A stretch of 60,959 nt of DNA, filler included, from Nitrospinae bacterium RIFCSPLOWO2_12_FULL_45_22 (GTDB lineage Bacteria; 2-12-FULL-45-22): NCBI GenBank assembly GCA_001803565.1. It is 4 parts of 4 records of this genome, joined end to end, with 100 filler letters (N's around TTAATTAATTAA, not from the genome) between each part and the next. Parts side by side here need not be neighbours in the genome. Positions count along the whole stretch, not along the records: positions 43,075 to 60,959 come from MHDQ01000294.1; 3 more parts are not named here. One strand, written 5' to 3'. The position numbers and the translations under genes are program-made. The notes beneath the pieces are model-generated. The model did no database searches, was not told the DNA's origin, and saw nothing but the letters and a program-made list of their open reading frames with translations. This document shows positions 55,099-60,959 of this stretch, in pieces (position 1 is the first letter of the stretch; every line of letters starts with the position of its first letter).

Positions 55099-55566
55099 CT
55101 ACCGGCAGAGGAGCGTTGTCTCGCCATCGTGAAAGATCGTTTTTATTCGTACATCAGGACTTTTTATATATATATCGGCATAGGCACCATCAAAGATAAG
55201 ACAAGTATTTTCTTTTAGCCTTTTATAGGTTCCCTCAGAGACGGTAAGATTTAAGGGCTTATCCAATCCATGGAAAGCAGCCAGGTAATAACTCAGGCGA
55301 TATTTCCAACCCAGGCCAGGTACAATTACTTCATTGGGCTGGTAATCTGATAGCACTTCTACGATCTTTTGGTACTTCTTTTCTCCTCCTTCAAGCTGAA
55401 AATAATACCTATGCCTGGCCGCAGCCTTCGCCATGCCCATCAAGGAGGTTGTGATCAGAAAAATCATAATCCCGGTAAAAACTATCCTTCCATATTTTTC
55501 TGCTTTGATTTTTGAGAGGGCATAAGCAATGATAAGAAGGAGCGGTATGGTAATAACAGATTCCAT
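55099..55566 (-). CDS. Hypothetical membrane protein, possibly the C-terminal remnant of a larger one
   Basis: Two TMs then a soluble tail; no clear family. Confidence 0.5.
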   Translation of the reverse strand: MESVITIPLLLIIAYALSKIKAEKYGRIVFTGIMIFLITTSLMGMAKAAARHRYYFQLEGGEKKYQKIVEVLSDYQPNEVIVPGLGWKYRLSYYLAAFHGLDKPLNLTVSEGTYKRLKENTCLIFDGAYADIYIKSPDVRIKTIFHDGETTLLCR

Positions 55567-55593
55567 CCTTGGTAAGGCATTATCGGAGGCATA

Positions 55594-56955
55594 TCATCTG
55601 GAAGGAACGGTATCATCCTTTTCTAGATGAGGGAATATTACTAGAACCCCAGCCAGCAGCCAGAAAGGTTCCATAATTCGAACAATAATAAAGGTATTAG
55701 TACCAAGAGCATGAAAGGCCAGGGCAATAAAGCCACACAGGTATCCCAACGCCAGGCCTTTAGAATAATGATCTGTTCCCTCTCTGAATCTCCGATATGC
55801 TACCCGGAATAGAGAATGCCACAGATTAAGAAAGGCTATCAGACCTATTATCCCGGTTTCTAGCAAAGTTCGGGGGATCTGAGCATCCATAAAGCCATAA
55901 CCAGTCACCCCATAACCCAACACCGGTTTTTTAATAAAATCCCGAAAGGCATCCCTCCAGGCCATTACCCTCTGCGAGGTAGAGGTATCGAGTCTAACCC
56001 CTCCAAGCTTCACTTGACCCTGCTCTGCAGGTTGGGTAAAGGTATAGAGCATCCTCTCCTTCATAGCGGTAGGGAGAACAAACGGGCCGATAAGGATACC
56101 CAGCACCAGGCCTATCACTAACGGCTTCTTATTCTCACTGAAGATTAATAAAGAAAAGTACATAGGGATAAAGGCTATATAGGATACCCGAGATAAAGTG
56201 AAAATAAAGGCTGGAAATGCAGTTAAGATCACGACAACCAGCATAATTTTATAATATCCGTGCCCATTCCTTAGATACAAAAGCAACCCTGCAGCAAGGC
56301 CCATTATAAGTAGCAGGTAGCCCCCGAAGGTATTAGGCTCACCCATTTCCCCTTCAAAAGGTGCTGTGAGCCTTTGCCCGGTCGGAATCTGGTATAGGCC
56401 ATACAAGGAGGCTAAGAAACAGGTAAGCAAAACACAGAACACCAGTCTTTTTGCCTGTTTCTGACTATGGAGATGGTTTGCTACCATGAAATAAACAATA
56501 AAATATTCTATGTACTTTAGGACAAATAGAGAGCCCCCTAAAAACTTTACCCGCCCCATCACCATTCCCCAGGCAGTAGAAAAGATACAAGCGAGGATAA
56601 AGAGTAAAATGGGTATGTTTAACGGAGTTTTTATAAACAACCCCAATTCTTTATGCGCTGCATTCCTGGCAAACCAGCTAAATCCAATGAGCAGCAGCAA
56701 AAAGTCATCCAACCGAAGCGTAATCCCCCGGCCAACAAGGGCACTGTCATCAAACTTACTTAATATTATCTCCGGGCCCAACAGCATAGAGAAGATAAGG
56801 ATATACAACGCAGCCTCGAGGTTGAAAAAGCTGATGGTAAAGATTGCTATTCCAGCTATTACCATAAGGGCCGTAGTCGGCTTTATCTGGGTATTAAGAA
56901 ATGCTAAAACAAGAGTTACTGCGATTATTCCTGTCCAGAAGGCCAATCTATTCAT
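55594..56955 (-). CDS. O-antigen ligase/Wzy-like polymerase
   Basis: EPNTFGGYL, TLSRVSY, PVLGYG, LLETGIIG; many TMs. Confidence 0.88.
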   Translation of the reverse strand: MNRLAFWTGIIAVTLVLAFLNTQIKPTTALMVIAGIAIFTISFFNLEAALYILIFSMLLGPEIILSKFDDSALVGRGITLRLDDFLLLLIGFSWFARNAAHKELGLFIKTPLNIPILLFILACIFSTAWGMVMGRVKFLGGSLFVLKYIEYFIVYFMVANHLHSQKQAKRLVFCVLLTCFLASLYGLYQIPTGQRLTAPFEGEMGEPNTFGGYLLLIMGLAAGLLLYLRNGHGYYKIMLVVVILTAFPAFIFTLSRVSYIAFIPMYFSLLIFSENKKPLVIGLVLGILIGPFVLPTAMKERMLYTFTQPAEQGQVKLGGVRLDTSTSQRVMAWRDAFRDFIKKPVLGYGVTGYGFMDAQIPRTLLETGIIGLIAFLNLWHSLFRVAYRRFREGTDHYSKGLALGYLCGFIALAFHALGTNTFIIVRIMEPFWLLAGVLVIFPHLEKDDTVPSR

Positions 56956-56968
56956 TTGTTATTAATGA

Positions 56969-57057
56969 TTAAATTAACGCAGGCTAAAGCCTGCGACTAC
57001 CCCAAAACCGCATTATTAAGATGAAAATTCCTATGCAATTTAATTAACGCAGGCTAA
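56969..57057. repeat. Inverted copy of 4619-4684 plus a 16-bp duplication that overlaps the stop of the TIM-barrel gene
   Basis: AATTAACGCAGGCTAA at 56972 and 57042. Confidence 0.8.
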
Positions 57058-57796
57058 GGGTGGTGAGAATCTCACAAATGTATCTCTTCCCTGCAAGAAA
57101 ATGAGAAGGGTTTACTTCCATAGTAAGGGTTCGGTCATAACCACTGGCCCGGAGCAGTTTCAAGATGGAATAAAAATCTATAGAGCCTTCCCCCAATGGA
57201 AGGTGGAGATCGTCCTCTACCCGGTTCCCACCATAATTATCGTGGAGGTGCACATGCCATAGGTGGGTACTATACCTCTTTATGAGTTCATAGGAGGTAT
57301 TTATCGGACTCAAGAGTTCTCCATGACCCACATCCAGAGTTAGTCGTAATCCGGTCATGGTTTGTATCGCACAAGCCAGGTCATCACCCCATTCGCTCAT
57401 ATTTTCCAGACAGATAATAACCCCTTTGGTATCGGCATAATCTACCAACCTCTTCAAGATTTCTATCTTGCCCAGGATCGTTTCTGGGGGGATAAAGCGG
57501 TGATCCAGCCAGAAATGTATCGTTATTAAGCCAATATTCAGTTCGTGGGCCAGACCAATGAGCTCTTTCATGGTTGGGGCAAAGACTTCTTTCAGGTTGT
57601 GTAGTTGCCAGGGATCACCTTCTTTAGCCCCATGGGCCAGATAACCTATCTGGTATCTGTCCTGCAGTATTTTCCAGGAGTTTATATTTAGGCGATCCTT
57701 TACCGGGTCGAAGAGGGATATCTCAGCAAAATCTAGTCCTATCTTACCAATATATTCTACCTGCTCCAGAGAATGGGCACGGCCTCCTATTTTCAT
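57044..57796 (-). CDS. Sugar phosphate isomerase/epimerase (xylose-isomerase-like TIM barrel)
   Basis: ICLENM, LDVGH, HVHLHDN, HLPLGEGSIDF, TME. Confidence 0.9.
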   Translation of the reverse strand: MKIGGRAHSLEQVEYIGKIGLDFAEISLFDPVKDRLNINSWKILQDRYQIGYLAHGAKEGDPWQLHNLKEVFAPTMKELIGLAHELNIGLITIHFWLDHRFIPPETILGKIEILKRLVDYADTKGVIICLENMSEWGDDLACAIQTMTGLRLTLDVGHGELLSPINTSYELIKRYSTHLWHVHLHDNYGGNRVEDDLHLPLGEGSIDFYSILKLLRASGYDRTLTMEVNPSHFLAGKRYICEILTTLSLR

Positions 57797-57887
57797 GCCA
57801 GAACCCCCATTTTATGTAATTTCAGTGGCATCCTTCATTGTCAAATTAATGAGGACATAGATTTTCGCAGATAGACACTGATAACTA

Positions 57888-57977
57888 TCATTGCAAAATT
57901 AACAATATAAAATTAGCAATTAACAAGAAGGAGTTGATTTTGAAATGCTAATTGCTAATTTTGCATTTTGCATTGAA
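57888..57977. repeat. Family A palindrome, inverted copy, inside a second repeat
   Basis: Reverse complement of 7823-7913 with 2 mismatches; flanked by CAGATAGACAC/GTGTTCATCTG arms. Confidence 0.88.
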
Positions 57978-58019
57978 ATGAATTTGTGTTCATCTGTGTC
58001 AAGAATGGAAATACCTAGC

Positions 58020-60689
58020 TCAGTTGGCCTGGTCCAGGGTTAAGAGGAAGTCGCGCAATACCTGGATCTGTTTCTCTTCATCGCCTTGCAAGACCTCTTC
58101 AGGACCGGCATCTTTGGCAAAGAAGAAACTAGGCATCTTGGTTCTATCATTGATCTTCTTAGGATCTTTCAGAAACTTTACTATCCAGTCGGGGTTCAAG
58201 CGGTCTTTACCCAGAACAAGGTCTATAGACCAGGATGCTTCTTCCTCTTCTTCCGGGGGCTTCTGGCCTTGCTGGTGGCATTTGAAGCAGTTAAAATATT
58301 TCTTGGAGGCCAGGAGCTTGCCAATCTCAATATTCTCTTTCGGTACACCCTCGGCATCAACAAAAATATAGGGCCGCTCTTGCTTATCTATAGAGCCGAA
58401 ATACCTTACCAGGCTCAAAACCTCTTTATCAGTAAAGGGAAAGGTTGGCATCCTTACCTGAAGCCAGGGCCGCATGGTAATGGGCTTCATTAAGAAATTA
58501 TATAACCATCTGGGTTGTACCCTATCACCCTCACCATCTAATGGTGGTGGGGCCAGATGCCTACTCTCGTAATAAGCCACTATCTTAGAGTCTTTACCTT
58601 CTATCTGGTGGCAGCCCTGACAGTTATACCGCTGAACCATCTGGCGGCCTTGTTCGATATTGCTTTTTGTGTCGGACAATACCTGGACATAAGATAAAGG
58701 AACAGTCTCACTGGTAAGGCTCTTAAGGAATACTTTTAAGGCTAATATCTCTTTATCGGTAAGGTGAAAATTGGGCATTTTTAGCTTAATCCGTTCGGTA
58801 GCAAACTTCCGGGGCTCCTTCAGCTTGGTAGTAACCCAGTCTGACCAGGTCAGGTCTATATCGGTAACATAGCCGAACTCCAATTCCGCAGCCTTTTTCT
58901 CCCCAAAGATAGTCAACTCAGTACCGAATTTAGGCTGTTTTTCCATCCCTTTTATATCATGGCAGCCATAGCAGCCATAATCAATGATCAACTTCCTACC
59001 TTGCCCTATCAAGCCTTTATCCTTCAACTGATCTTCTATACCAGCTTTCTCCTCCTTATCTCCTAAGGTCATCATATAAGCACTAATGAACTGAGCCTCC
59101 CCGGGAGTCAGGCGCAGGTTAGGCATCCTGGTCTTAGGGAGATATTGCCTGGGGTTTTGGACCCAGTTGAAGAGCCATCCCTCTTTTATCTTGTTAGCCA
59201 CTTGATATAGGTTGGGGGCGAAGTCCCGGGCTAATCCTCCCTCAGCCGCTATTTTCCAGGCTGGAGTCTCTTCTAATTTGTGGCAACCCCGACAACCTAT
59301 AACCTCTATTAATGCCTTACCCTTTTCCCGTACCTCTTCCGGGTCTATAGCTCCATCAGGCATAGTATAAAGGGGCTTGTCAGACGATGACCACAGGTAA
59401 GCTGCAATAGCCAGACCCTCCTGGTCATTAAACTCAAAGCTGGGCATTTTGGTATTTGATAGATATTTCCGGGGCTCTTTTACCCAGCGTAAAAGCCAGT
59501 TGGGAGCAACCTTGGAGGCAATGCGGCTCAAGTCAGCTCCGACTTTATCCAATTCTTCAAAGCCTTTAGTTGTGTGACAGCCATAACAGCCCAGCTCTTT
59601 GAAGAGGCGTTTGCCCTGCGATAGTAAGGGCGCACCAGGTAAATCGGTTACTTCATCATGGCATTTACGGCAACTGGCTTCTATCTCCACTCCTTTTAAT
59701 AAAGGCTCGTTCTGACCCGGTGTCTGATCGGTCTCGTGTAAGCTGCCATGGGCGTTTCTCACGGAATCTACCGCACTACCCTGGCCCCGATGACAAACCG
59801 TACAGCCAAACCTTTCTGGTGAGTGTTTGCCCAGGTAAAGAGTACGTTGGGGATGGGTCTTGAATGGTTCCGGGGCCTTCTCGAAACCCACTTTATCTAT
59901 ACCTAAATGACAACTCTGACAGCGATCAACTTTCAGGATAGGCTCACCAAAATTGTTTTTATCATAACTTTCTATTACTACCTGTTTAACCTGCGGCCAG
60001 CGCTGCTTTACGGACTTTAATTGTCTCCCCAGCTTATCTATCTCAGCGGTAACAGCCTGGTAGAGCTTATTGTATTTATCATATTCTGCCGTGAGGCTTT
60101 TCATAGTCTTTTCCAAGACCTTCTTCTTCTGTTCTAGCACTCGTTGTTCAGGCTTATAGGAGCTGATCTGGTTTTCTAAGGTCTTTATTTGGTCAGCATA
60201 TGGCTGGTAGGCCTGCTTCTGACGTTTTGCTATTTTAAATTTATAATAAACTTCCTCCCACTCTGCCTTAGCAAATTGGATATCCTGGTTCACGCTATAG
60301 AGGTTTTGATCAAGGTTTTTTAGCGTTTTTAGTAGGACCTTATACTCCCGGTTTTGTTCTAATTCTTCCCGGGCTTTTTCAAGATGCTTCAATAGTTGAT
60401 GATAAGAAATCTTTTCCGGGAGGCCCGGTAGAAGCTTCCCGGGGTTGTGGTCTTTGGCCAGATAGGCTTTGAGTCCTTCAAGCCTTTTCTTTAACTGGCC
60501 ATACTCCATATTATCAAAAGCAACCTGATAATGTTTCCAGGGCCGGCGGGTAACTGCTTCATCCCACACTGCCCATAGGACTGTTAAGAGGAAGGCCAGG
60601 CTCACCAGAAAATAGACCCGCCCATAAGATTTTTGCTCTAGAACATCATCACTCACAGCAGTATTAGCTTTCATAGAACTGCTCCGCAT
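58020..60689 (-). CDS. Membrane-anchored eight-heme cytochrome c with long coiled coil
   Basis: N-terminal TM; CQSCH, CTVCH, CRKCH, CYGCH, CRGCH, CYGCH, CQGCH, CFKCH; repeated W...P...MP modules. Confidence 0.92.
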   Translation of the reverse strand: MRSSSMKANTAVSDDVLEQKSYGRVYFLVSLAFLLTVLWAVWDEAVTRRPWKHYQVAFDNMEYGQLKKRLEGLKAYLAKDHNPGKLLPGLPEKISYHQLLKHLEKAREELEQNREYKVLLKTLKNLDQNLYSVNQDIQFAKAEWEEVYYKFKIAKRQKQAYQPYADQIKTLENQISSYKPEQRVLEQKKKVLEKTMKSLTAEYDKYNKLYQAVTAEIDKLGRQLKSVKQRWPQVKQVVIESYDKNNFGEPILKVDRCQSCHLGIDKVGFEKAPEPFKTHPQRTLYLGKHSPERFGCTVCHRGQGSAVDSVRNAHGSLHETDQTPGQNEPLLKGVEIEASCRKCHDEVTDLPGAPLLSQGKRLFKELGCYGCHTTKGFEELDKVGADLSRIASKVAPNWLLRWVKEPRKYLSNTKMPSFEFNDQEGLAIAAYLWSSSDKPLYTMPDGAIDPEEVREKGKALIEVIGCRGCHKLEETPAWKIAAEGGLARDFAPNLYQVANKIKEGWLFNWVQNPRQYLPKTRMPNLRLTPGEAQFISAYMMTLGDKEEKAGIEDQLKDKGLIGQGRKLIIDYGCYGCHDIKGMEKQPKFGTELTIFGEKKAAELEFGYVTDIDLTWSDWVTTKLKEPRKFATERIKLKMPNFHLTDKEILALKVFLKSLTSETVPLSYVQVLSDTKSNIEQGRQMVQRYNCQGCHQIEGKDSKIVAYYESRHLAPPPLDGEGDRVQPRWLYNFLMKPITMRPWLQVRMPTFPFTDKEVLSLVRYFGSIDKQERPYIFVDAEGVPKENIEIGKLLASKKYFNCFKCHQQGQKPPEEEEEASWSIDLVLGKDRLNPDWIVKFLKDPKKINDRTKMPSFFFAKDAGPEEVLQGDEEKQIQVLRDFLLTLDQAN

Positions 60690-60736
60690 TTAGAGTAGCC
60701 TTTTATTTTAAATTATGCACCGCTAAGGCGCAGAGA

Positions 60737-60837
60737 ACGCAAAGACCTTCCATAGGTCATTACGTTATTGGGTTATTAGGTTATTAAGTACTGGTGCAAT
60801 AACGTAGTCACCCAATAACCCAATATCCTCTTTGCGT
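60737..60837. repeat. Family B palindrome, inverted copy of 10042-10143
   Basis: Hand alignment, ~6 differences. Confidence 0.9.
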
Positions 60838-60959
60838 CCTTTGCGTCTCGGTGGCTAAAATCTTACTGTTATTTAAATGTTAAACCAGGGAGTTACCCAA
60901 ATATATTTAATATTGAAGGCCAGCCGCAAAAAGATCTTTATGGGCAACAATACCATAGT

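Overview
Four unrelated contigs are joined by 100-nt N/TTAATTAATTAA/N linkers (12836-12935, 29051-29150, 42975-43074), so adjacency across the linkers means nothing biologically. Contig 1 (1-12835) has a sensor kinase/NtrC pair, a sigma-54 promoter and a QrcABCD/ACIII-like respiratory operon followed by two paralogous four-heme cytochromes. Contig 2 (12936-29050, minus strand) is a type III-D CRISPR-Cas locus: cas6, a ~1000-aa reverse transcriptase-TPR-primase/polymerase fusion (CART-CAPP architecture), cas1, cas2, a 17-repeat array, an orphan 312-aa gene, a decayed copy of the cas6 5' end, an MNT-HEPN pair, an HD-less Cas10 and the RAMP genes. Contig 3 (29151-42974) has a sigma-54 exopolysaccharide export operon (ExeA-like ATPase, degenerate HD-GYP, Wza, Wzc, ABC-2), an XRE regulator, a nucleotidyltransferase and an HDAC-family enzyme. 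Contig 4 (43075-60959) has a methyltransferase/radical-SAM-rich glycan cluster, an O-antigen ligase-like protein and an eight-heme cytochrome. Intergenic DNA carries several families of periodic palindromic repeats that nest inside one another. The best candidate for an exciting system is the RT-primase type III-D locus with its orphan gene and mRNA-like spacers. All calls are by eye; no searches were run.
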